Part shown: in pieces, positions 28,309 through 36,949 of the stretch
How the letters are laid out: the number at the start of each line of letters is the position of its first letter
Numbering within the stretch: the stretch's first letter is position 1
Made by a program: the position numbers and the translations under genes
Notes under the pieces: model-generated
The model's input: the letters and a program-made list of their open reading frames with translations, nothing else
Told to the model about the DNA's origin: nothing
Database searches by the model: none
Assembly: GCA_963795085.1 (NCBI GenBank)
Contig: CAWCFX010000001.1
Location: 352,001-416,000, forward strand
DNA length: 64,000 nucleotides
Source: an uncultured Gemmatimonadales bacterium
Lineage (GTDB): Bacteria > Gemmatimonadota > Gemmatimonadetes > Gemmatimonadales > GWC2-71-9
Direction of reading: 5' to 3'

Positions 28309-29211
28309 CTATCCGGCCGCCGGAACGTCCGAGCCTTCGACCCGACCCGCCTGCCAGGCGGAGCCAATCTCACGGGAGACAACCCGCCATGCATCCGGCC
28401 CGGCGGCCACCAGCAACCGGCGCAGCGGTTCGTCCATCGGCTCTCGGCTCAGCCGGAACGTGGAATGGTGCACCGGCATGACGAACCGGGCGCCCATCTG
28501 CCGGCCCATGCGCCATGCTTCCTCGGGGTTGGCATGGTTGGCAATCCACGGGTCATAGGCGCCGATGGGGAGGATCGCCAGGTCCAGCCCTGCCGCGGCA
28601 TAGGACTGGAACCGGTCGGTGTAGGCGGTGTCTCCGGCGTAGAGCACCCGGTGTCCCGCCTTTTCGAGCAGGAAACCGCCGTACCCGCGCTCCCGGTCTC
28701 GCAAGGTCCGGGCGCCCCAGTGGCGCGCCGGGGTGCCCTCAATCACCAGCCCGTCGTGGGACAGCCGGTCTCCCCACTCCAGCTCGTCCACCTGGTCGAA
28801 GCGCCGAAGCAGGTCGCCCACCCGGCGGTGGGTGATGACCCGGGTATGCCGGGGAATCCGGGCCAGGGTCAACAGGTCCAGGTGATCCATGTGAGCATGC
28901 GACACCAGTACCATGTCGAGGGGGGGCAGTTCTCGCACCCGGAGGGCTGGCCGGGTCAGCCGACGCGGCCCTACGGTGATTCCTCCCACCGAGACCCCGA
29001 TGCGGTCGGCCAGCGCCGGGTCGGTCACCAGCCAGGTGCCGAAGAAGTTCATGAGCACCGTCGCGTGCCCCAGCCAGGCTGCGGTCAGCCGGTCGTCCGG
29101 CCAGCCCGTGGGGTCGGGGCGATGAACCGGCATATCCAGCGTCCCCGGGAGGCGGCGTTCCTCCAGCAGGTGGCGGACGTAGCGCCGGGCGAATCCGAAA
29201 TATGACATCAT
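28309..29211 (-). CDS. MBL-fold metallo-hydrolase (NAPE-PLD/RomA-like)
   Basis: WLGHAT, TDP, SHAHMDHLD, ARHW, YAGDT, LPIGAYDP, PVHHSTF. Confidence 0.88.
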   Translation of the reverse strand: MMSYFGFARRYVRHLLEERRLPGTLDMPVHRPDPTGWPDDRLTAAWLGHATVLMNFFGTWLVTDPALADRIGVSVGGITVGPRRLTRPALRVRELPPLDMVLVSHAHMDHLDLLTLARIPRHTRVITHRRVGDLLRRFDQVDELEWGDRLSHDGLVIEGTPARHWGARTLRDRERGYGGFLLEKAGHRVLYAGDTAYTDRFQSYAAAGLDLAILPIGAYDPWIANHANPEEAWRMGRQMGARFVMPVHHSTFRLSREPMDEPLRRLLVAAGPDAWRVVSREIGSAWQAGRVEGSDVPAAG

Positions 29212-29441
29212 CTCCGGGAAAGTAGCGGGTAACGGGGGCACGGCGCCTGCGGGTCCGGATGGGGGGTGTTCCCAGGAGCCCGGTGGCGGGTGACCCGGAT
29301 TCGGGTGACTCCCACGGGAGCGCCGGCATTGAGCTTGACTGTCCCCTTCTCGACCGCTTCCCACCTGGCGAGTCACTAAGTTCGCATTCGCGTCCCCCTG
29401 CTTCCCGGCTAGATTGTGCTACCCTCTTGCCGGGAGCACCA

Positions 29442-29885
29442 GTGCGGGTCCTGCTGCAGCGCGTATCGGAAGCTTCGGTCTCCGTCGACGGCAGGATTGC
29501 CGGCTCCATTGGCCGCGGGTACTGCCTGCTCGTCGGTTTTACTCACGGGGATTCAGCCGCGCAGGTTGACTGGATGGCCGAGAAGGTGACCGGACTCCGC
29601 CTCTTCCAGGACCCCGACGGGAAAATGAACCTGGGCCTTGCCGATGTCGGCGGGGCCCTGCTCGTGGTTTCCCAGTTTACCCTCTATGGCGACGCGACCC
29701 GGGGCCGCCGCCCATCCTTCACCGGGGCCGCGCGCCCCGATGTTGCGATTCCATTGTATGACCGGTTTCTCGGCGCCCTTCGCAGTTACGGCTTCACCGT
29801 GGCCACCGGCCAGTTCGGCGCAATGATGGACGTGAAGATTCACAACGACGGCCCGGTCACCCTGATGCTCGAGCGCGAGGGATGA
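29442..29885 (+). CDS. dtd: D-aminoacyl-tRNA deacylase
   Basis: VLLQRVSEASV, VSQFTLYGD, GRRPSF, GQFGAMM, NDGPVT. Confidence 0.96.
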   Translation: MRVLLQRVSEASVSVDGRIAGSIGRGYCLLVGFTHGDSAAQVDWMAEKVTGLRLFQDPDGKMNLGLADVGGALLVVSQFTLYGDATRGRRPSFTGAARPDVAIPLYDRFLGALRSYGFTVATGQFGAMMDVKIHNDGPVTLMLEREG

Positions 29886-30475
29886 GCGAACTGCTGGTCC
29901 TGGCTTCCACGTCACCCCGGCGGCGCCAGCTGCTCGAGATGCTGGGCATCGACCTGCGGGTCACCCCATCCAACGTCCCCGAGCGGCGGGAGCCGGGCGA
30001 AGCCCCGGCGGATTATTCCGTGCGGCTGGCGCGGGCCAAGGCCGGCGGCGTACCGGGCGACCTGGTGCTGGGAGCCGATACGATCGTGGTGCTGGGAGAT
30101 GACGTGCTGGAAAAGCCGGCTGATGAGGCCGATGCCCTGCGGATTCTGCGCCGGCTGCAGGGCCGCACCCACCAGGTGGTGACCTCGGTCGCGCTTCGGG
30201 CCGGCGCCACGACCGCGGTCGCGACCGACGTGACCAGCGTGACCTTCCGGCCGGCCGGCGACGAGATCCTGCTCCGCTACATCGCCACCGGCGAACCGAT
30301 GGACAAGGCCGGGGCGTATGGCATCCAGGGCTTCGGGGCCCCGCTCATTGAACGGGTGGAGGGAGACTTCTTCGGCGTGATGGGCCTGCCGATCCGGCTG
30401 GTGCTGGATCTGCTTCGGGACGCCGGATATACGTACACATTTACCGCCGGCCTGGCGCGTTCCCCGGGGGGCTGA
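29882..30475 (+). CDS. maf: Maf-family nucleoside triphosphate pyrophosphatase (YhdE type)
   Basis: LASTSPRRRQLL, GADTIV, LEKP, EPMDKAGAYGIQG, VMGLP. Confidence 0.94.
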   Translation: MSELLVLASTSPRRRQLLEMLGIDLRVTPSNVPERREPGEAPADYSVRLARAKAGGVPGDLVLGADTIVVLGDDVLEKPADEADALRILRRLQGRTHQVVTSVALRAGATTAVATDVTSVTFRPAGDEILLRYIATGEPMDKAGAYGIQGFGAPLIERVEGDFFGVMGLPIRLVLDLLRDAGYTYTFTAGLARSPGG

Positions 30476-30481
30476 AGCCGG

Positions 30482-31408
30482 CTACAATCCGCGCTGGGGG
30501 ACGGACAGACTGGCCTGGATGATCTCCCACCGGTTCTCCACCAGCCGGTAGACGAACAGCGCCCGGATCGGGGCGATGGCGCTTTCCGGTCCCGCGAAGA
30601 TGGGAACGTGCAGGTTGCTGGCCACCCAGCCGATGGTACCCCTTGAACTGAGTCCCCCCCGAAGGCCGTCGCCCGGCTCGGTGGCATTGCCGGGCGGTCC
30701 CAGCCACTGGGCCAGTTCCGCGGCCGCGGCCCGGCCACCCACGACCCCCCCGGGCGAGGCCACCACGGCCCCCGGCGCGAACGTGGCCGTCCGGATGTCG
30801 CGGATGTCGCCGCGGAACTGGCGGGCAATTTCGCCCGCGGCCGGCGGCACGTCGCCGCCCAGCCTGGCCGCTCCCGGAATCCTGCGGCTCAGCAGGGCCA
30901 GGAACAGCGAATCGTAGGCGATGGGCCGGGAATACTGGACCGCGACCGCCCGCCAATCGGCGGAGTCCCGGGCCAGCAGATAGGCCGCACGGAGGTGAAC
31001 CGGGTAGGTCTTTCCCTGGTAGGTGACGGCGTAATCCAGCCCGTACGTGGCCCCCGCCGTCCGTCCATCGGCCTGGACCCAGACACGGCCGGAGTCGGGC
31101 TTGATGGCCACCCGCAGGTCGCCCCCGGCCGGCGCGAAGTCCCGCTGCATCTTCGCGAGGACGGAATCCCGGTGCAGGACCACCGCCATGTCCGCCGCCG
31201 TAAACACGACGTCTTCGGCAAGGACACGAGCCCACGAGGCCAGGTGGCCCTGCTCGAAGGCGGCAAAGTGGGCCCGCATGGTACTGTCCACCTGGGACCG
31301 GATCGCGGCGGTATCCGCGGCCGCGGCGGTCGTCCGCGCGGAAGCGCCACAGGCCGCGGCGGCGCCGGCGACCAGGGCCGTGAAGACTGCGGTGCGGGCC
31401 GCCCTCAT
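30482..31408 (-). CDS. Lipoprotein with NTF2/SnoaL-like domains
   Basis: Lipobox AAAC; two alpha+beta units each ending in a W..V..x.S-type strand (WRAVAVQYS, WEIIQASLS). Confidence 0.6.
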   Translation of the reverse strand: MRAARTAVFTALVAGAAAACGASARTTAAAADTAAIRSQVDSTMRAHFAAFEQGHLASWARVLAEDVVFTAADMAVVLHRDSVLAKMQRDFAPAGGDLRVAIKPDSGRVWVQADGRTAGATYGLDYAVTYQGKTYPVHLRAAYLLARDSADWRAVAVQYSRPIAYDSLFLALLSRRIPGAARLGGDVPPAAGEIARQFRGDIRDIRTATFAPGAVVASPGGVVGGRAAAAELAQWLGPPGNATEPGDGLRGGLSSRGTIGWVASNLHVPIFAGPESAIAPIRALFVYRLVENRWEIIQASLSVPQRGL

Positions 31409-31488
31409 GGGTGCATTGACTCCGGTGATCAGGTATGGGGGAAAGACCACCAAGATAACACCCGTCCCAACAGTCCCGGATCGGCGGG

Positions 31489-31514
31489 CGTAACTGGGAC
31501 GACACAAACACGTC
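31489..31514 (+). promoter_or_regulatory. Candidate ECF promoter upstream of Spy/CpxP-like gene
   Basis: CGTAAC-N16-CGTC, then GGAG SD and ATG 31532. Confidence 0.45.
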
Positions 31515-31531
31515 CCTTACCGGAGTGAGTC

Positions 31532-31900
31532 ATGAAGATTCGTACACTAGTTGCCCCGCTGCTGCTGGCAATGCTGGTTGTTCCCGCCGTACCCGCGGTG
31601 GCTCAAGGCCCGGAAGGCGCCGGCCCGGATCGCCGGGCCGAGATGCTGTTCAAGGGCATCACGCTGACCGAGGGCCAGCAGGCCAGGATTGATTCATTAC
31701 AGGCCCGCCACCGCGCCCAGGCGGGGCCGATGGAGCGCGGATCCATGCCCGAGGAAGGAGCCCGGGCCGCCCGGCGGGAACAGATGCGGAAACATTACGC
31801 CGAGATCCGCGCCTTGTTGACCTCCGAGCAGCAGCCCCTGTTTGACCGGAACGTCGAGGCGATGATGGCCGCCCGTCCCCGGCGGCCCCCGTCGCAGTAA
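31532..31900 (+). CDS. Spy/CpxP-like periplasmic protein
   Basis: Signal peptide; two LTxxQ motifs (LTEGQ, LTSEQ). Confidence 0.8.
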   Translation: MKIRTLVAPLLLAMLVVPAVPAVAQGPEGAGPDRRAEMLFKGITLTEGQQARIDSLQARHRAQAGPMERGSMPEEGARAARREQMRKHYAEIRALLTSEQQPLFDRNVEAMMAARPRRPPSQ

Positions 31901-31903
31901 CCG

Positions 31904-32341
31904 CTAACCCACCGGCCACCGGGCGAGCATCTGCTGTAACTCGTCCCGGTGGTGGGTCTCGTCCATGATGATATCATCGAACTGGATGGCCAGCCCGAAC
32001 TCCCCGGCCTCTTCCGCCTGCTTCCGGCGCTGCAGGTAGCGTTCGATCGTCTCGACCTCCGCCTTGTGCGCGGCCTCCAGCATGGATCGCGCGTCCCGCG
32101 CGATCGGCACCTTGGAGGGTTCCGCGGCGGGGATCCCGCCCATGGCCGAGATCTTGTCGGCCAGGATCTGGGCATGCCCCAGCTCTTCCGGAATCTCGTT
32201 AGCGAAGAAATTCCTGAGTTCCTGCCGGTAGGGGCCCTGCACCATGCTCGCGAACAGGCGATACATGATGATGGCCTGGAACTCGCCGCGCAGATCCTCG
32301 TTCAGCCCATCGATCAACTGCTGCTTCTTGGTGTCGCTCAT
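31904..32341 (-). CDS. Ferritin-like di-iron protein
   Basis: GEFQAIIMY, EELGH, EVETIERY, DETHH ferroxidase ligands; GGAGGAG SD. Confidence 0.85.
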   Translation of the reverse strand: MSDTKKQQLIDGLNEDLRGEFQAIIMYRLFASMVQGPYRQELRNFFANEIPEELGHAQILADKISAMGGIPAAEPSKVPIARDARSMLEAAHKAEVETIERYLQRRKQAEEAGEFGLAIQFDDIIMDETHHRDELQQMLARWPVG

Positions 32342-32390
32342 AATCTCCTCCTGGGAAGGTCCCGCACCTGTCCCCTCCAGCCTAACAGAA

Positions 32391-32414
32391 CAGGGCACCG
32401 CTGACTGTGCCCTG
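32391..32414 (-). terminator. Hairpin downstream of the cyclase gene
   Basis: CAGGGCAC-N8-GTGCCCTG perfect 8-bp stem followed on the minus strand by TTCTGTT. Confidence 0.5.
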
Positions 32415-32437
32415 GATCGCAAACCCCAGAAATTCTC

Positions 32438-32512
32438 CCAATTCCCTCAAATCCCTCAATTCCTTCAATTCCCTCAATTCCCTCAATTCCCTCAATTCCC
32501 TCAATTCCCTCA
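32438..32512 (-). repeat. (GGGAATTGA)n tract, about 8 units
   Basis: Five perfect and three variant TCAATTCCC units on plus; begins at the cyclase stop codon. Confidence 0.92.
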
Positions 32513-34117
32513 CACCCTCACCCGGTACACCGGAACCGCCTGGTTGCGGTTCTTGACCGAGAGCGGCTCCATGGTCTCCACGACGGGCCGCGTCTTGAGC
32601 TGGTCGTAGAAGGTCTGGCTGACCAGGATCTCGCCCTTGTCGGCCCGGCCGCAAAGCCGGGAGGCCACGTTCACCGAGTCGCCGATAACGGTGTACTCCA
32701 GCCGCCGGTGGCTGCCGATGTTCCCCGCGAACACCTCTCCGTGGTTGATCCCGATGCCGATGGCCACCTCGGGGCGCCCGTTGCCCTGCCACTTGGCGTT
32801 GAGGTCGCGCAGGGCCCGCTGCATGTCCATGGCCGCCTGCATGGCCCGGTCGGGGTCGTCTTCGTGGGCGATCGGGGCTCCCCAGAGGGCCATGATGGCG
32901 TCCCCGATGAACTTGTCCAGCGTCCCGCCATGCTCGAAGATGATGTCGACCATTTCGGTGAAGTAGTCGGTCAGCAGCGCGGCGATATCGTCGGGGTTCA
33001 TGTGCTCGGAGAGCCGGGTGAACCCCCGGATGTCGCTGAACAGCACGGTGATCGGCCGCTTCTCGCCGCCCAGCTTGACCGCGTCCAGCGACATGGCGAT
33101 CTCGGCCGCCACGTTGGGGGCGAAGTAGCGCTCGAAGTTGGAACGCACCATGGCTTCCCGCTGGATCTGCTCGGCGTACCGGCTGTTCTTGATGCTCACG
33201 GCGGCCAGCCCGCCGAAGGCGATCAGGAACTGCAAGTCCTCCTGGCTGAACGAGTCGATCGCGGTGAGACTGTCCACGTAGAGAATGCCGAGCACTTCCT
33301 CCTGGGAAGCCATCAACGGGGTGCACATGGCGGAGCGCACGCTCTGCAGCATGATGGACTGGCCCTTGAAGCGGGTGTCCGCGGCGGCGTTCTCGGAGAT
33401 GAGCCCGACCCGTTCCTCCACTACCTTGCTCGCGATGGACCGGGGCACGTGGGAAAAGGTGGTGTCGCCCAGCCGGCTCTTGGAAATCTTGGGATACAGT
33501 TCCTTGGTGTTGCGGTCCATCAGGAGGATGGAGACCCGGTCCACGTTCATGACCTCGAAGGTCATGTTCACCACGGTGCTCAGGACCCGGTCCAGGTCGA
33601 ACTCGCCCGAGAGGGTCTGCGAAATATCGAGCAGCAGGGAGAGTTTCTTGGCCTGCCGTTCCTGGTCGGTGGTGCCCTTGACCCGCAACTGGCCGATGCC
33701 CGAGGGGCTGCCGTCCGCATTGGTGAGGTTGGCCAGGTCGGACTTCCCGCTCCCGCTGACGGCGATCTGCCGAACGATGGTGCCGCCAGGGGCCTGGAAC
33801 GGTGCGGGGGTGGGCTGGGGCCGGGGGGCGTCCTGGGTCTTGAGCTGGAAAACGACCTTGCCAAAGGTCACCGAGTCGTTGGGTTTGAGCAGCTGCTCGG
33901 TGATCCGGGATCCGTTGATGAACGTCCCGTTGGAGCTTTCCAGGTCCTTGACCAGCACGCCGTCGCCGCTGATCCGGAGCTCGGCATGGCGGCGGGAGAT
34001 GGTCGGATCAATGACCGCGAGATCACTGGTCACGGCCCGGCCCACGACCACCGTGCGATCGTGCGGCAGGTCGTAGGTCTGGTCCCCGGCGATGTTGATG
34101 AGTCGGTACACGGCCAT
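32510..34117 (-). CDS. FHA-GAF-adenylate/guanylate cyclase (class III)
   Basis: FHA (GR...ISRRHA...STNGT-like SSNGTFING), GAF, cyclase LFSDIRGFT, DKFIGDAIMA, YTVIGDSVNVASRL; K and T specificity residues point to ATP. Confidence 0.93.
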   Translation of the reverse strand: MAVYRLINIAGDQTYDLPHDRTVVVGRAVTSDLAVIDPTISRRHAELRISGDGVLVKDLESSNGTFINGSRITEQLLKPNDSVTFGKVVFQLKTQDAPRPQPTPAPFQAPGGTIVRQIAVSGSGKSDLANLTNADGSPSGIGQLRVKGTTDQERQAKKLSLLLDISQTLSGEFDLDRVLSTVVNMTFEVMNVDRVSILLMDRNTKELYPKISKSRLGDTTFSHVPRSIASKVVEERVGLISENAAADTRFKGQSIMLQSVRSAMCTPLMASQEEVLGILYVDSLTAIDSFSQEDLQFLIAFGGLAAVSIKNSRYAEQIQREAMVRSNFERYFAPNVAAEIAMSLDAVKLGGEKRPITVLFSDIRGFTRLSEHMNPDDIAALLTDYFTEMVDIIFEHGGTLDKFIGDAIMALWGAPIAHEDDPDRAMQAAMDMQRALRDLNAKWQGNGRPEVAIGIGINHGEVFAGNIGSHRRLEYTVIGDSVNVASRLCGRADKGEILVSQTFYDQLKTRPVVETMEPLSVKNRNQAVPVYRVRV

Positions 34118-34166
34118 AGCGCCGCAATATACTACGAAGCGGCTGGGGTTTGGGACACCGGGCGGG

Positions 34167-34796
34167 CTAGCGCGGGGCTACCACGAGGTAGGTGCCGGGC
34201 CCGGGGATCGGGGCGGCCAGGTTGTCGGAAGCGGGGCGGGCCGAGGGGAGCATCCGGTAGCGGCCATCGGCCTCCAGGACCGCGACGCCCAGGGCCCGTT
34301 CAAACTGGGCCGGGTTGCCGTACTTCTGCCGGGCGGCCTGGGGAGCCGCGAAGTGGACCGGGTACCGGAAGATGAGCGTGGCTCCGTTCCCGAAGCCGGG
34401 CGTGCACTCGATGGTCACCCCGTAGAGGCCGGGGCGGGCCTGCATGCTCAGCCGCACCGAATCGGCGCCGGCGGGAAACAGGGTCGCCGGGAGGGTCAGC
34501 TCGGCAAAAATGGTATTGTCCGGAGGCGCGTGCCGTAACAGCACGGTCCGGGGGCCGCCGGCCGGAAAGGCCACCGTGGTATCGAGCGGCGGCGCTCCCC
34601 AGGCTTCGAGCACGAAGAACTGGTTGAGCGGCAGGGTGATGTTGGGTGTCGCGGTGGGTTCCGCCGCCGCGCCCTGCACGGCGGGGCGCCCGCTGCACCC
34701 GGCCAGCCCGATAGCCCCGAACACGGCAAGGAGTGACGTTATCTTCAGGAGGCTGATCCTCGCATCAGGGGTGACCTCGTTGGCTGGTTTTCGCAT
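34167..34796 (-). CDS. Hypothetical lipoprotein
   Basis: Lipobox LAGC after a hydrophobic stretch; start uncertain. Confidence 0.6.
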   Translation of the reverse strand: MRKPANEVTPDARISLLKITSLLAVFGAIGLAGCSGRPAVQGAAAEPTATPNITLPLNQFFVLEAWGAPPLDTTVAFPAGGPRTVLLRHAPPDNTIFAELTLPATLFPAGADSVRLSMQARPGLYGVTIECTPGFGNGATLIFRYPVHFAAPQAARQKYGNPAQFERALGVAVLEADGRYRMLPSARPASDNLAAPIPGPGTYLVVAPR

Positions 34797-36858
34797 CTCC
34801 CTGGATTCTTCACTGATCGCGCTCCTGGCGGCCGGCTGTCTGTGCGCCGCCGCCGGTGATCTGCATGCCCAGCAGTGGAACTCGCCCGAGGTCCGGGTCC
34901 TGGTCGAGCGGGGGGTGGAACGCCGGCAGCGGACCCAGGCCGACTCCGCCCTGCGGAGCTACCGCACCCGTGCCCACGGGTTCGTTTTTTTCCTGGCCCA
35001 GCTCGGCGAAGGGTTGGCGGAGCCGCCCCGGCTGGTCAAGGCGGACGAGTTGCAGGTGGAAGTGTATTGGCAGGCACCCGGCCGGAGCAAGCAGGTCATC
35101 CTGGGCTGGCGCGACGGTACCTGGCTGCCGACCGATATCAGTTACCATCGCGATCACCTGGGCATCGTCACCAACGATTTCGGCGACCTGATCCGGATCG
35201 GCGAAGGGGACGAGATCCGCGATGTGCCCCACCCGGTGTCTCCGGCTGGGCTGGACCGGTATGATTTCCTGCTGCGGGATTCCCTGCGGCTGCAGACGCC
35301 GCAGGGCCAGCTCACGGTGCACGAAATCGGGGTCCGGCCCCGTAACTTCCAGGTCCCCGCCGTCGTGGGCACCCTGTACCTCGAGGTCGGCACCGGGGCC
35401 CTGGTGCGGTTCCGTTTCAGCTTTACGCCGGCCGCCTACCGCGACAACCAATTGGAAGACATCAGCATCGTCCTGGAAAATTCGCTCTGGCAGGGCCGCT
35501 ACTGGCTGCCCTACCGGCAGGAGATTGAACTGCGGCGGCGCACCACCTGGCTGGATTTTCCCGCCCGCGGCATTATCCGCGGCCGCTGGGAGATCGGCGA
35601 ATACGATTTCGAGACGCCGATTGATCCCGCCATCTTTCTCGGCCCCCCCATCGCCGGCCTGCGGCGGCCCGCCCCGGCCGACAGTACCCTTTTTTCCGGC
35701 CCGCTCGATTCCGCCATCGCCGACGTGGCGGCTCCGCTCAACGCCCAGGACATGGACGCCCTCCGCTCTGAAGTGGAGCGGATCGCGGGGACCCGCGCGC
35801 TCGGCGGGCTCGCCTCGAAGCGGCTGGCCATCCGGTCCTTGAGCGATCTCGCCAGGGTCAACCGGGTCCAGGGCCTGGTGCTCGGGTTCGGCGCGACCCT
35901 GGGATCGGCTACCAGCCGCTGGCGGTTCCGGCCCTCGGTGGCCTACGGAACTTCGGACCACCGGCTGCTGGGTAGCCTGGCCCTCAGCGTCGATGCGGGC
36001 CGTACCCGGCTGGCGGCCGAGGGCTTCCGCCGGGTCCGGGACCTGAGCGACTTCCCGGTGATCACGCCGGTCTTCAATTCGATCGCCGCCCAGGAGTTCG
36101 GCAAGGACTACGGCGACTACGTGCTGCTGGAGGGCGGGACCCTGTCGGCCCGATTCCGACACGGGCGCACGACCACCACGCAGGAAGTCTTCTACGAGCG
36201 GCCTCACTCGGTGGCCGTCTCCGCCTCTCCCGCCAGCGGCACCTACCGCCCCAACCCTCCGCTGGGCAGGCCGGGCGGTGACGGCATCGGCGGGTATCGC
36301 CTCACGGTGGAGCGGGGCAGCGGAGGGATCGCCGTCACCCGCGACCTGCAGGGATCGGTGTCCCTGGAGGCGGGGCGCCACGCGGCCGGCTACACCCGGG
36401 CCGTCCTGCAAGGCCGCTGGCTGGTCCCCCTGGGGAAGCCGGAACTGGTGACCCGGGCGTATCTCGGATGGGGCAGCACCCACCTGCCGGAGTACCGGAG
36501 CTTCGCGCTCGGGGGCCGAGGCACCCTGCTGGGAGAGCCGTTTCGGGGCGCCGGCGGACGCTCGATGGCCCTGCTGCACAGCGAGCTTCGTTTCAATGCC
36601 CCCTTTCCCGCCATTTCCCTGGGGTCGTTCGCCAGTACCGGTCGGACCATCGTCGTCGCGCCATTCGTCGCGGCCGGGTGGGCGGACCGGGAGTACCAGT
36701 CCCTTCCATGGCGGGCGACGGACGGTGTCCGCCCGGTTGCCGGCGTTGCCCTCGAGTGGTTCATGCGACTGATCCGGGTGGAGGCCGGCATCGGACTCCG
36801 GACCGGCAACATCGGCGTCAGCGTCGAGATCCACCGCGACTGGTGGAGCATTCTATAG
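34771..36858 (+). CDS. Secreted/outer-membrane protein, probable C-terminal beta-barrel
   Basis: Signal peptide ending LHA-QQW; ARVNRVQGL marks entry to an amphipathic beta-strand region; start uncertain. Confidence 0.7.
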   Translation: MTSLAGFRISLDSSLIALLAAGCLCAAAGDLHAQQWNSPEVRVLVERGVERRQRTQADSALRSYRTRAHGFVFFLAQLGEGLAEPPRLVKADELQVEVYWQAPGRSKQVILGWRDGTWLPTDISYHRDHLGIVTNDFGDLIRIGEGDEIRDVPHPVSPAGLDRYDFLLRDSLRLQTPQGQLTVHEIGVRPRNFQVPAVVGTLYLEVGTGALVRFRFSFTPAAYRDNQLEDISIVLENSLWQGRYWLPYRQEIELRRRTTWLDFPARGIIRGRWEIGEYDFETPIDPAIFLGPPIAGLRRPAPADSTLFSGPLDSAIADVAAPLNAQDMDALRSEVERIAGTRALGGLASKRLAIRSLSDLARVNRVQGLVLGFGATLGSATSRWRFRPSVAYGTSDHRLLGSLALSVDAGRTRLAAEGFRRVRDLSDFPVITPVFNSIAAQEFGKDYGDYVLLEGGTLSARFRHGRTTTTQEVFYERPHSVAVSASPASGTYRPNPPLGRPGGDGIGGYRLTVERGSGGIAVTRDLQGSVSLEAGRHAAGYTRAVLQGRWLVPLGKPELVTRAYLGWGSTHLPEYRSFALGGRGTLLGEPFRGAGGRSMALLHSELRFNAPFPAISLGSFASTGRTIVVAPFVAAGWADREYQSLPWRATDGVRPVAGVALEWFMRLIRVEAGIGLRTGNIGVSVEIHRDWWSIL

Positions 36859-36949
36859 AGGGATCCCCTGATTCCCTATCGCTTTTCGCCCCTACCTGCC
36901 TATTTTCCCCCAATCACCCCCTGACCACCCTCCTGCCGTTTGAGGTCGA

